In this document: in pieces, positions 18,964 to 29,105 of the stretch | Layout: the number at the start of each line of letters is the position of its first letter | How positions within the stretch are numbered: the stretch's first letter is position 1 | Assembly (NCBI GenBank): GCA_963703795.1 | Contig: CAVPFT010000063.1 | Span: 116,047 to 180,046, forward strand | Direction: 5' to 3' | Length of the DNA: 64,000 nucleotides | Source of the DNA: an uncultured Actinomycetota bacterium | GTDB taxonomy: Bacteria; Actinomycetota; Actinomycetes; Mycobacteriales; Mycobacteriaceae | Notes under the pieces: model-generated | The model's input: the letters and a program-made list of their open reading frames with translations, nothing else | What the model was told of the DNA's origin: nothing | Databases searched by the model: none | Program-made: the position numbers and the translations under genes

Positions 18964-19971
18964 CTACGCATCGATAAGCCCGAGTCGCCGGTAGGCGTTC
19001 TCGATCTGGGCCTTGGCCTCTGCCGGTAACTCAGCCTGCGGAGGCCGGGAATGCGGATAGTCGCCGATCGGAAGACCCAGCACTGACGCGGCGTATTTGA
19101 ACGCACCACCCCAGTGGGTGAAGTAGTCCGATCGCCCCGGGTAGCAGGTCCACCATGATCCGATGTCGAGATCGAACTGATCGAGACCCGATTCACGGCC
19201 ATAGTCCATCGCCTCGAGGAGCTTGTCGCTTTGCACCAAATCCCAATACTCGGAAAACAATCGCCGCTGGGGAGTCTCGAACAGATAGCCGGCGGTGCCC
19301 AGCTGTGCCGGGCAGACGATTCCGGCACGCAGCCATCCGGCGCGGTACACCGTCCTGTCGCATTCCCAGACCGCCAGCGCGGGCGCCAGTTGGTGCAGCA
19401 TTCGGCTGGCCTCGGGCCGGAAGGCGCCCTCCTTGGTGGCGCACACCGCGGGCACCTCGTCATAGATCCGCGCGCCTTCGACCGGGGTCAGCACATAACC
19501 CGAGGACGGGGAATTGAACATGCCCAGCGCGATATCCGTCCGCGAAGCGATGTATTTGAAGAATCGCAGCACGCCTTCGCCGCCGTGCGCCTCCATCATC
19601 GGCGTTTGGATGTAGGCGATGTCGGCGCCCGCCTGCTGGGCGTGCAGCGTCAAGTCCAAACAGTCCTTCGCCGACGTGGCCGCCGTACAGGCCTGCACGA
19701 CTACGTCCGGATTCGCACTGCGCCCCTCCTCGATTGCCACTTCCAGCAAGCGCTTGCGCTCATCCAGGGTCAACGACCAGAACTCGGCAATGCCGCTGGT
19801 GCACCACAACATCGCGTGCCCGAGCTCGCCCACGCAGTAGCGCACAAGTGTCCGGTAGGCGTCCCAGTCGATGTCGTCGCCGTCCGGGCCGCAGAACGGG
19901 GTGTACAGGGAGTCGCCGATTCCCCGCAGTGCACCGCGCGCCCAGGCACGCGCCTCACCTGCCGTCGCCAT
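18964..19971 (-). CDS. DHDPS/N-acetylneuraminate-lyase-family class I aldolase
   Basis: TPF..DGDDID, SGIAEFWSLTLDER, AQQAGAD, Schiff-base Lys in ATKEG. Confidence 0.85.
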   Translation of the reverse strand: MATAGEARAWARGALRGIGDSLYTPFCGPDGDDIDWDAYRTLVRYCVGELGHAMLWCTSGIAEFWSLTLDERKRLLEVAIEEGRSANPDVVVQACTAATSAKDCLDLTLHAQQAGADIAYIQTPMMEAHGGEGVLRFFKYIASRTDIALGMFNSPSSGYVLTPVEGARIYDEVPAVCATKEGAFRPEASRMLHQLAPALAVWECDRTVYRAGWLRAGIVCPAQLGTAGYLFETPQRRLFSEYWDLVQSDKLLEAMDYGRESGLDQFDLDIGSWWTCYPGRSDYFTHWGGAFKYAASVLGLPIGDYPHSRPPQAELPAEAKAQIENAYRRLGLIDA

Positions 19972-20015
19972 GGTCGACTCCTTCTGTCGGTCAAACGATT
20001 CCTTCGGCTCGGCGG

Positions 20016-20813
20016 TTAGGTGAAGTCCGAACCGCCGTCGACGTTGATGTTGGCTCCGGTCATGTAGGAGTTGCGCCGCGACGCGAGGAACGCGACGACC
20101 GGCCCAATTTCTTCCGTCAGGCCGGCACGGGGCAGGTGCGCCGGATGGCCGAAATGCTTGGCAATGGCGTCCATCAATGCGTAGGGGTCGTTGCCGTCGA
20201 CACCGACCGACGTGGCCCAGCCGACCAGCGACTCGGACGCGATGCTGCCCGGCGACACGACGTTGACCAAGATCTCATCCTTGGCCAACAACAGGGACAG
20301 GTTTTTCGAGACGCTCGTCAACATCGACTTGGCCGCCGTGTACGCGGGCAACATGACGCTTTGCCGCTGGGTCGAGTGCGCCGAGAAGTTGACTATCCGC
20401 GCCCATTGCGCCTTGCGCAGCAACGGAAGTGCCGAACGGACGCAACGCACCATCCCCAGCACGCCGTCTTCGACGGACTGGCGCCACTGTTCGTCGGTCA
20501 GATCCTCGAAGGCGCCCGCCGCGCCGGGCCCGACCGTGTTGACGAGCACGTTGAGTTCACCGCCCCACCGCTCGCCGAGCTCGGCGAACACCTTGTCGAC
20601 CGCAGTGGCGTCGCCAATGTCGGCAGCGAGCCCAAGGGCATCCGGGCTACCGCGGCCCGTCAAGTCCGTCACCGCGGAGTCGAGAGCGTCACGGCTGCGG
20701 CCGACCACCGCCACCCGGGCACCTTCGTCGGCGAGGCAACGGGCCGTCGCCAAACCCATGCCGCGGCTACCACCGATTACCACCGCTGTGGCGTTCGCCA
20801 GCCCCAGATCCAT
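20016..20813 (-). CDS. Short-chain dehydrogenase/reductase
   Basis: GGSRGMG, YTAAK, YMTGANINVDGG. Confidence 0.92.
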   Translation of the reverse strand: MDLGLANATAVVIGGSRGMGLATARCLADEGARVAVVGRSRDALDSAVTDLTGRGSPDALGLAADIGDATAVDKVFAELGERWGGELNVLVNTVGPGAAGAFEDLTDEQWRQSVEDGVLGMVRCVRSALPLLRKAQWARIVNFSAHSTQRQSVMLPAYTAAKSMLTSVSKNLSLLLAKDEILVNVVSPGSIASESLVGWATSVGVDGNDPYALMDAIAKHFGHPAHLPRAGLTEEIGPVVAFLASRRNSYMTGANINVDGGSDFT

Positions 20814-20875
20814 GGCCTAGTCCGTGGCCTTCCGCCCGGTCATTTTCGCCTGTCCAGCCGTTTTACCAAAAAGCC

Positions 20876-20894
20876 TACGATAGGTATTACAGTA
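20876..20894. promoter_or_regulatory. Putative TetR operator/autoregulatory site TACGATAGGTATTACAGTA
   Basis: Reverse complement TACTGTAATACCTATCGTA fits the 19-bp motif; lies in the divergent SDR/TetR intergenic region. Confidence 0.75.
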
Positions 20895-20930
20895 GCAGAC
20901 GAAGAATTGGACACGCAGCCGTAAACGGAG

Positions 20931-21707
20931 GTGCCCGCAGTGGCCAAGCAGGCAACCGCTGATAAGCGTCAGCGACGCGAACGCGGGTCCATCAATCCCG
21001 ATGACATCATCAGCGGCGCATTCGAACTCGCAGAACAAGTATCGATAGACAACCTGAGCATGCCGCTGCTCGGCAAGCACCTCGGCGTCGGGGTCACCAG
21101 CATCTACTGGTACTTCCGCAAGAAGGACGATCTGCTCAACGCGATGACCGACCGCGCCTTGAGTAAGTACGTGTTCGCGACGCCGTACGTCGAAGCCAGC
21201 GACTGGCGTGAGACGTTGCGCAACCATGCGCGCTTAATGCGTAAGACGTTCATGGGCAACCCAATTCTGTGCGATCTGATTCTGATTCGCGCCGCCCTCA
21301 GTCCTAAAGCGGCGCGGGTGGGCGCTGCGGAGGTGGAACGGGCGATCGCCAACCTGGTGGAGGCCGGGCTGTCGCCCGAGGATGCCTTCGACATTTACTC
21401 CGCGGTTTCGGTTCATGTCCGCGGATCGGTGGTGCTGCATCGGCTCTACGAAAAGAACCAGTCGGCGGAAAACGGACCACGCGCCCTCGAGGAAGCCGTC
21501 GCCATCGATCCGGCAACCACTCCGCTGATTGCTCAGGTGACCGGGCAGGGTCACCGCATCGGGGCCCCCGACGAAACGAATTTCGAATTCGGCCTGGAGT
21601 GCATCCTCGACCACGCCGGCCGTTTAATCGACAAGGATGCTAAAGCCGCTCCGTCTCGGGAACGCAAGTCGCCCAAGTCGCGAACCAAAGACGCAGCGGC
21701 CCGATAG
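20931..21707 (+). CDS. TetR-family regulator, apparent ortholog of M. tuberculosis Rv1353c
   Basis: HTH LSMPLLGKHLGVGVTSIYWYFRKKDDLL; TetR_C-type FEFGLECILD; sequence recalled as near-identical to Rv1353c; synteny with fabG2 and Rv1352-like genes. Confidence 0.9.
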   Translation: MPAVAKQATADKRQRRERGSINPDDIISGAFELAEQVSIDNLSMPLLGKHLGVGVTSIYWYFRKKDDLLNAMTDRALSKYVFATPYVEASDWRETLRNHARLMRKTFMGNPILCDLILIRAALSPKAARVGAAEVERAIANLVEAGLSPEDAFDIYSAVSVHVRGSVVLHRLYEKNQSAENGPRALEEAVAIDPATTPLIAQVTGQGHRIGAPDETNFEFGLECILDHAGRLIDKDAKAAPSRERKSPKSRTKDAAAR

Positions 21708-21856
21708 CCCGCGCGGCCTGATGGACTTGTCGCTGTGAGGTGAACAAGAATCGTGCCCCCCAGCGGACATCCGTGTGGCGGATGTGGCAGCCTCGAGGCC
21801 ATTGTCGATCCCTGACCTGCCGAATCAGGTGCGGCGGAAGTGAACCAACGCTGTTG

Positions 21857-22765
21857 TTACGCCTCAGGTTCCGGCACATGAAAGTGCTCGTCGCGTAGCC
21901 GGAACGCTTCCTTCGCGCCGTGCTCCGCGCGCGTTTTCACGAAATTGAATTCACCGGGCGCGAACTGCAGATTGGTGCCGAAGGCGTGAAACAGATAGCT
22001 CGCGACCTCCTCACCGTTGTACGCCTGGGTCTGTTCGACGAGGCGGAAGGCTTCCTTGGCGATGACGACTCCATCGGCGGGCATCTTCGCCGCCTTCTCG
22101 GCCCAGTACCGTGCGCGCGCCGTGACTGCGCCGGGATCGCATGTGTCGGTGAAGATTCCGAGATGTTCGATCTCGCCCGCTTGGATGATGTCACCGGTCA
22201 GCAGCAGGCGTCGGGCCAGCACGGGCCCCAACCGGTAGAAGAACATGTGCAGGCTGCCGAGCGCGGGGCCAAGGAACCGGGTCGCCGGCATGCCGATCTT
22301 GGTGTCGCGCGCAATGACGGAGATGTCGGTCATCAGCGCCATCTCAAAGCCGCCGCCGAGCGCGTAACCGGCGATCTCCCCCACCGTCACCTTCGGAAAC
22401 CCCATCAAGTTGTGGTAGAAGCCAAAAGATTTGCGGTCCACGGTGAGTCGTCGGCGCTGGCTCGGCCGGCGCTTGACGCTCGGATCGTCGCCGCCGGCTT
22501 GTCCTCGCGCGTCCGGCGAGCCGTACCAGCCGTACGCATTGTTCATATCGGCCCCGGTGCTGAAGGCCCCTCCGGCCCCGCGCAGGAGCACCACGGTGAG
22601 GTCGTCGTCCTCGGCCACGCGATCCAGACAGCGGGCGACCGTCTCACGCATCGTGGCGTCGTAGGTGTTGCGTTGCTTGGGGTTGTTCAACGTGATCGTC
22701 GCGATGCGCGCATCATGATCGATCTCGAAAAGCACCCGATCGTCCGAAACCTCGGAAGCAGTCAT
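21857..22765 (-). CDS. Crotonase-family protein (EchA13-like)
   Basis: ITLNNPKQRN, AFSTGAD, ALGGGFEMAL. Confidence 0.88.
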   Translation of the reverse strand: MTASEVSDDRVLFEIDHDARIATITLNNPKQRNTYDATMRETVARCLDRVAEDDDLTVVLLRGAGGAFSTGADMNNAYGWYGSPDARGQAGGDDPSVKRRPSQRRRLTVDRKSFGFYHNLMGFPKVTVGEIAGYALGGGFEMALMTDISVIARDTKIGMPATRFLGPALGSLHMFFYRLGPVLARRLLLTGDIIQAGEIEHLGIFTDTCDPGAVTARARYWAEKAAKMPADGVVIAKEAFRLVEQTQAYNGEEVASYLFHAFGTNLQFAPGEFNFVKTRAEHGAKEAFRLRDEHFHVPEPEA

Positions 22766-23421
22766 CTATCGGGCTCCTTTCGCCGCCTGCCGAACTTGAA
22801 TCCGGTCAGTTTGTCCGGCGGCGACGCCAACGTGTTGACCTCACCGGTACAAAGCACTTCGTCGTCGAGGAGCAGTCGCGCCGTCGACGCGATGCCCCGT
22901 TCCACCGGCGATCGAGCGATGTCGAATTGCAGTTCCGTCAATACCGGGGTCGGCCGGCGGAAGGTGACGGCCAGCGATCGCGTCTTGCCGGAAAGTCCCG
23001 TCACGCAATTGTGGTGCTGGATGACGCAATCGAAGAAGACACCGAGAAAACCGCCGTGCACCAGTCCCGGCGGTCCCTCATAGACCAGCGGGAAGCAGAT
23101 CCTGCCGCCGGCCTTTTCGGCATCGACGTGATCGAAGCGGTACTCGGGAAAGCACGGGTTGTAGGCCCCGATGTCGGTGGCGTGGTTGAGATAGACCCGC
23201 CGGGGATCGTCGGGAATCTCACCGATCCGCGGCGCGTTGTCCCTCGGAACCGCCGCGGCCAGCTCGTTCTCCCATTCGGCGAACTTGGCCAGCATGGCGG
23301 CCACCGCGGGATGACTGTGTTCGAGGGACAGCAGCAGTGAGCTGAGGCGGCGCATGGCTGCGGCGGCGGCCACCGTCTGGGCGAGGGGCGCCTCGCCGAA
23401 TTTGGCGTCGCGGGTGCTCAT
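22762..23421 (-). CDS. Hotdog-fold thioesterase
   Basis: YEGPPGLVHGG..FFD, LAVTFRRPTP. Confidence 0.82.
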   Translation of the reverse strand: MSTRDAKFGEAPLAQTVAAAAAMRRLSSLLLSLEHSHPAVAAMLAKFAEWENELAAAVPRDNAPRIGEIPDDPRRVYLNHATDIGAYNPCFPEYRFDHVDAEKAGGRICFPLVYEGPPGLVHGGFLGVFFDCVIQHHNCVTGLSGKTRSLAVTFRRPTPVLTELQFDIARSPVERGIASTARLLLDDEVLCTGEVNTLASPPDKLTGFKFGRRRKEPDR

Positions 23422-23510
23422 GCATCCCCTTCTTTTCGCCGGATTCCGCCCGGCTATTTCCGCAGCAAGGGTTTCCTTGCTAACTTATACCTTGGATCAA
23501 TCGTATTGCC

Positions 23511-23529
23511 TACTGTATGGGTAACCGTA
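23511..23529. promoter_or_regulatory. Putative TetR operator TACTGTATGGGTAACCGTA
   Basis: 19-bp motif match in the divergent thioesterase/crotonase promoter. Confidence 0.7.
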
Positions 23530-23554
23530 TCGGCGGAGAAAGGCCGGATAGACG

Positions 23555-24370
23555 GTGAGTCACGAGGCCGACACAACCGACGCCGAGGGTTCGGTGACGG
23601 CGTCCCGGGATGGCGCGGTTCTGCGCATCACGCTCGATCGCCCCTCCCGGCGTAACTCGTTGAACCGCTTGATGACCGAGAATCTGGTCGACGCGCTGAC
23701 CAGCGCCGCCGCCGACGACTCGTTGCGCGCGATTCACCTCCGAGGCGCCGGGGACGACTTCTGCGCCGGCGCGGATTGGGTGGCCGCCAACGATCGGCAA
23801 CGTCCCCGCACCGGTGATCTGGTGCGGCGGATTCCCCATGCCGCGCACCGGGTGATCGAACTCATCGGAAGCATTCAGCTGCCGGTCGTCTGCAGCGTGC
23901 AGGGATGGGCGGTGGGGTTCGGCTGCAACCTCGCGCTCGCCGCCGACTTCACGGTGGCGGCCACCGACGCCGTCTTCTGGGAACCGTTCGTGGACCGCGG
24001 CTTCAGCCCGGATTCGGGCTCGACGTGGCTGCTGCCCCGACTCGTCGGCCTGGCCCGGGCCAGGCGGATGCTGCTCCTCGGCGAGAAAGTGAGCGCAACG
24101 GATGCGGCCGACTGGGGGTTGATTCACCAAGCGGTAAGCCGGCCAGAACTCGACGCCGCCGCCAAGGAGCTGGTCGAACGGCTGGCGTGCGGACCCACGG
24201 TGGCGATCGGGCTGGCCAAGCAGGCCCTGAGCTTCGGCCAGCACGCGACGCTGAGCCAATCCCTGACTCAGGAGCTGTTCAACCTCGAACTATCCTGTCG
24301 TACAAGCGATTTCAAAGAAGGACTGGAAGCGTTTCAACAACGACGGGACACCGATTTTCGTGGTCGTTGA
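23555..24370 (+). CDS. Crotonase-family protein (PaaG-like isomerase signature)
   Basis: FCAGAD, AVGFGCNLALAAD, RGFSPDSGSTWLLPRLVG. Confidence 0.88.
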   Translation: MSHEADTTDAEGSVTASRDGAVLRITLDRPSRRNSLNRLMTENLVDALTSAAADDSLRAIHLRGAGDDFCAGADWVAANDRQRPRTGDLVRRIPHAAHRVIELIGSIQLPVVCSVQGWAVGFGCNLALAADFTVAATDAVFWEPFVDRGFSPDSGSTWLLPRLVGLARARRMLLLGEKVSATDAADWGLIHQAVSRPELDAAAKELVERLACGPTVAIGLAKQALSFGQHATLSQSLTQELFNLELSCRTSDFKEGLEAFQQRRDTDFRGR

Positions 24371-24393
24371 CGAGATCGGCATCAACCCCGGGG

Positions 24394-24457
24394 CGCCGAG
24401 TGTGGGCCCTACGTACGGGAACCGCCTTGAATCCGTCCATACGCCCCACACTCGCCG
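24394..24457. repeat. REP-like imperfect palindrome
   Basis: CGCCGAGTGTGGGCCCTACGTACGG ... CCGTCCATACGCCCCACACTCGCCG, intergenic; same CGCCGA-nnGT end as the other copies. Confidence 0.7.
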
Positions 24458-24489
24458 GTCGCGCCGGGCGTTAAACCAAGGGAGCACGA

Positions 24490-25302
24490 ATGCCCGCTGA
24501 CTCGTTCGACACCATCAAATATGAGGTCGACGGGCATACCGCCACCATCACGCTGAATCGCCCGGAAGCTCTCAACGCGCTGAGCCCGCAGATGATCACC
24601 GAACTACGGGCCGCCTATGACGAAGCCGAGAACGACGACAACGTGTGGCTGCTCGTCGTCACCGGCACGGGCCGCGCCTTCTGCACCGGCGCCGACGTCA
24701 ACGCCATCCCGGGCGACGGCAAGGTGATCTACGAGCGGCCGTACCTGTCGACGTACGAACAGTGGGAGGCGCCCCAGGAGGGTACGCCCCCGTTTCGCCG
24801 GATGGCCAAGCCGGTGTTGACCGCCGTCAACGGTTTGTGCTGCGGCGCGGGCCTCGACTGGGTGACCACTTCCGACATCGTGATCGCATCGGATCGGGCG
24901 ACGTTCTTCGATCCGCACGTCAGCATCGGACTGGTGGCCGGACGCGAGCTGGTGCGACTGGCCCGGGTATTGCCCCGCTCGGTCGCGCTGCGGATGGCGT
25001 TGATGGGCAAGCACGAGCGGATGGACGTGGAACGCGCCTTCGAACTCGGCTTGATCAGCGAGATCGTGGAGCACGACCGGCTTCTCGAGCGCGCCCATGA
25101 GATCGCCGGGATCGTCAATTCCAATGCCCCGCTTGCGGTCCGGGGAACCCGGCTGGCCATTCTCAAGGGCCTGGACCTGCCGCTGCATGAGGCCGAGATG
25201 CTCGCCGAGACATTCCGCGAGCGCGTGCTGCGCACCGAGGACGCGCAGGAGGGACCCAAGGCGTTCGTCGAAAAGCGGCCACCCGATTGGCAATGTCGAT
25301 GA
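24490..25302 (+). CDS. Crotonase-family protein
   Basis: ITLNRPEALNA, GRAFCTGAD, KPVLTAVNG, FFDPHVSIG. Confidence 0.9.
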   Translation: MPADSFDTIKYEVDGHTATITLNRPEALNALSPQMITELRAAYDEAENDDNVWLLVVTGTGRAFCTGADVNAIPGDGKVIYERPYLSTYEQWEAPQEGTPPFRRMAKPVLTAVNGLCCGAGLDWVTTSDIVIASDRATFFDPHVSIGLVAGRELVRLARVLPRSVALRMALMGKHERMDVERAFELGLISEIVEHDRLLERAHEIAGIVNSNAPLAVRGTRLAILKGLDLPLHEAEMLAETFRERVLRTEDAQEGPKAFVEKRPPDWQCR

Positions 25303-26081
25303 CCTTCGAAACCATCCTTCTCGACGTCGACGCGGGCGACCACGTCGCCACCATCACGCTGAATCGGCCCGAGCAGCTGAACGCGTTCAATCGCACCATG
25401 TGTGAGGAGATGGCCCAAGCGTGGCGCACGGTCAAGTTCGACGAGTCGGTGCATGCGGTGGTGCTGCGGGCCGCCGGCAGGGCGTTCAGCGCGGGCCTGG
25501 ACATCAAAACGCCGTACGGGCAACCGGAAAACGTTTGGAACCACGAAGATCCCGGCGAGCTGCTCAGCCCCAAGTGGCAGAAGATGTGGAAGCCGGTGGT
25601 GTGCGCCGTTCAGGGCATGTGCACAGCGGGCGCGTTCTACTTCATCAACGAATCCGACGTCGTGATCTGCTCGGACGACGCGACGTTTTTCGACTCGCAT
25701 GTGTCGGCCGGCCTGGTTTGCGCGTTGGAGCCGATCGGTCTGATGCGTCGCATCGGTCTGGGCGAAACATTGCGCATTGCGCTGATGGGCAATGACGAGC
25801 GGGTCGGCGCCGACACCGCGCTGCGGATCGGACTGGTCTCGGAGGTGGTCTCCGGCGACCGACTGTGGAATCGTGCCCACGAGATCGCGGCGGCCATCGC
25901 CGCAAAACCACCGTCGGCGACGCAGGGCACCGTGAAAGCGATCTGGGAATCGCTGGACAAGCCCTATCGCGCCGCCATGGAGCAGGGGCTCATCTACACC
26001 CGGCTGGGCAACCCGCTCGGCACGGCGGAGCTGGCCGCCCAGAAGAGCGAGGGCACTGCCCGTGAACCGAAGACCCGCTGA
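25299..26081 (+). CDS. Crotonase-family protein
   Basis: ITLNRPEQLNAF, RAFSAGLD, FFDSHVSAG; ATGA overlap at 25299. Confidence 0.9.
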   Translation: MTFETILLDVDAGDHVATITLNRPEQLNAFNRTMCEEMAQAWRTVKFDESVHAVVLRAAGRAFSAGLDIKTPYGQPENVWNHEDPGELLSPKWQKMWKPVVCAVQGMCTAGAFYFINESDVVICSDDATFFDSHVSAGLVCALEPIGLMRRIGLGETLRIALMGNDERVGADTALRIGLVSEVVSGDRLWNRAHEIAAAIAAKPPSATQGTVKAIWESLDKPYRAAMEQGLIYTRLGNPLGTAELAAQKSEGTAREPKTR

Positions 26082-27557
26082 TGCCTCGTCACCCGCTGAG
26101 TCAGCGCATCGCTGATGTGCTGGATCTGCGGCCGGAGTCGCATGCGATCGAGTATGGCGGCCAATGGATCTCGTGGAGCCAAGTCGGCGACATGGTCTGG
26201 CGTATCGCTGTCAGTGACCGCCGAGCACAAGGCGGGGATCGGGATGCTGCTGCGCAACCGGCCCGGTCACGTGGCGGCCTTCCTCGGGGTGCTGCTGGGC
26301 GGCGGGACTGTCGTGACCATCAACCCGGCCCGGGGCGACGAGCGGACCCGGGCCGATATCGCCGCCCTGCGACTGCCGCTGATCGTCGGCGAACCCGAGG
26401 ACCTCGCGACGCTGGTCGACCCGGGGACCCCGACGGTACCGATCTCGGGCGTCTTGGACAACGGCGGTGGGGCGGCCCGAAACGCGACGGAAGGCGTTGC
26501 TGCGCCCGGCGTCGCCGTGCGGATGTTGACCAGCGGAACGACCGGCCCACCCAAACGAATCGACCTCAGCTACGACATGCTGGCGCGCAGTGTGATGGGT
26601 CCTGACCCCGAACGCGCGCCGGCGCCTACGGAGCCGCGACGCGGCGTCGCGATCGTCAACTCGCCGCTGGTGCATATCGGTGGTGTGTTCCGGGTGTTGC
26701 AGTGCGTCACCGAGGCGAGATCCTTTGTGCTGCTGGAACGCTTCGAGCTCAACGCATGGGCCCAGGCGGTGCGCAAGCACCGGCCGCGCACGGTGTCGCT
26801 GGTGCCGGCCGCATTGCGGACGGTGCTGCACTCCGACCTGACGCGGGCGGACTTGGCGAGCATCCGTGCCGTCACGTGCGGCACGGCCCCACTATCGGCC
26901 GACGATGCCGACGCCTTCGCCGAGAAGTACGGCGTTCCCGTCCTCACCTCTTATGCCGCAACCGAGTTCGGCGGCGGCGTGGCCGGCTGGACCCTTGCCG
27001 ACTACCAAAAGCACTGGCAAGCCAAACGCGGCAGCGTCGGCCGGCCCAACCCGGGTGCACGGCTGCGGGTGGTCGACCCCGACGGCGCGACGCTCGGGCC
27101 GGACGAGGTCGGCCTGCTGGAGGTCAAGCCGGGACAGTTGGGGCCGTCGGCGACGTGGATGCGGACCACTGATCTGGCGCGCATCGACGCTGACGGCTTC
27201 GTCTGGATCGTCGGGCGGGCCGACCGGGCGATCATCCGCGGCGGGTTCAAGGTGATGCCCGACGACGTGCGCATCGCGCTGGAGGGACACCCCGCCGTGG
27301 CGGGCGCGGCGGTCGTCCCGCGATCGGACGAGCGCCTCGGCCAGACGCCGGTCGCCATTGTGGAACTGCGCGAGTCCGCATCCACCGATGCCGACGCGTT
27401 GGTGGAATATCTGCGAACGCGACTGGCTCCCTACGAAATCCCCGCCGAAATCGCGATCGTCGACACGATCCCGCGGACGCCCTCGGGCAAAGCCGACCTC
27501 GGCGCAATCCAGCGTTTTTTCAGCGAATCCACCGCCCACAGCGACCATGCCCGGTGA
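26081..27557 (+). pseudogene. Acyl-CoA ligase with one apparent frameshift near 26200
   Basis: The N-terminus MPRHPLSQRIADVLD (TGATG-coupled start at 26081) is in a different frame from the body LTSGTTGPPK...TPSGKAD. Confidence 0.75.
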
Positions 27558-29105
27558 CTCCCCCACCGTCGCCGATACCCTGCGACACCAAGCCCGCTCG
27601 CGCGGCGGCCACGCGCTTCTGGTCTGCGACGGTGACCGCATCAGCTATGCCGACGCCGACCGCCGTTCGTCGGAGCTCGCCCGCGGACTGATCGCCCAAG
27701 GCGCCGGCAAGGGAACGCACGTGGGGCTGCTCTACCCGAATGGCGCCGAGTTCGTCGTCGGGATGCTCGCGGCGGCACGAATCGGCGCCGTGGTGATCCC
27801 GTTCTCCACTTTCGTTACCGCTCGCGAGATGCGTGAGCAGCTGGTCGACGGCGATGTCGAAATCCTCCTGGCCGCCGCGTCGTTTCGCTCCCACGACTAC
27901 GTGCGACGCCTGGGCGAGGCGCTGTCGCATGCTGAGATAGCCAGTGATGAGCGGCTGTTCCTCACCGCTACACCACAATTGCGCCACGTGATAATGAATT
28001 CCGAACGTGTGTGCCGGCTCGGCGGGAGACGTCGACCTTGCGCTGCTCGGGGCGATGGAAGACGATGTCGAAGGCTGCGATCCGCTGGCCATCGTGTACA
28101 CGTCGGGCTCGACCAGCACGCCCAAGGGGGTGGTGCACACACACGCCGCCCTGCTCGGACACCAGCGGAACCTCAACGAGATCCGCGGCTTAACGGCGGA
28201 AGACAGGCTGTTCTGCAATTCGCCTTTCTTCTGGATCGGCGGGTTCGCGTTCGGCCTGCTCGCCACGTTGGTCGCCGGGTCGACCCTGGTGTGCTCCAAC
28301 GCCGCCTCTAACACCCAGGGAGCCGGGCGGACGCTCGACTTGCTGGAAGCCGAAAAGCCCACCATGACTAATGGTTTCGTCGCCGGCATCACTCACCTCG
28401 CCGAACACCCGAGCTTTGCCGCCCGCGACCTGTCATCGATGCGTCGCGGCAACCTGTACCCGATCATGGCGCCCGACGCCCGCCCGGCCGACCCGGAACT
28501 GCGGCACAACATGCTCGGGATGACCGAAGCCGGCAGCGTCGTGCTGATCAGCGGTGACGAATCCGACCAACCCGAAACCGCCGCGGATCGTTCGGCAAGC
28601 CGGCGCCGGGGTTCGAGACCATGATCGTCGACACCGGATTCCGCGGGAGTCGGCGAACTTTGCATCAGGGGGCCGTACCTGATGCAGGGGTACTACAAGC
28701 GCAGCCGCGAAGACTGCTTCGACGCCGACGGCTGGTTCCACACAGGCGATTTGGTGCGCGCCGACGCCGACGGATTCGTGTATTTCGTCGGCCGGCGCGG
28801 CGCGATGATCAAGACGGCGGGCGCCAATGTTTCCGCGGCCGAAGTCGAGAAGGCCATCGCCAAGGTCACCGGCGCCGAGGCTCACGTTGTGGGCATCCCC
28901 GACTGCCGAGCGGGGCGAGCTGGTTGCCGCGGTCGTCGTCCGAGGCCGGATCTCGACGAAGCGGCGCTTGCGCGAGCGGCTCAAGGCGGAGCTGTCGGCG
29001 TACAAAATTCCCAGGCGGTTCATCGCCCTGCCCCGCGCCGAGATACCGCTGTTGTCCAGCGGGAAGGTCGACGCGCGGCAGCTGAGGAAGCTGTTCGATG
29101 CCTGA
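27547..29105 (+). pseudogene. Acyl-CoA ligase broken by several frameshifts (about 28020, 28596, 28645 and 28900-28970)
   Basis: Consecutive ANL motifs (YTSGSTSTPKG; GMTEAG; WFHTGD; IKTAGANV; LSSGKVD) lie in ORFs 27358, 28007, 28682 and 28827, in changing frames. Confidence 0.8.

Noticed and set aside
26190-26220. Programmed ribosomal frameshifting as an explanation for the broken CoA ligases
   Set aside because: No slippery heptamer is evident, and the many scattered indels do not fit a programmed event.
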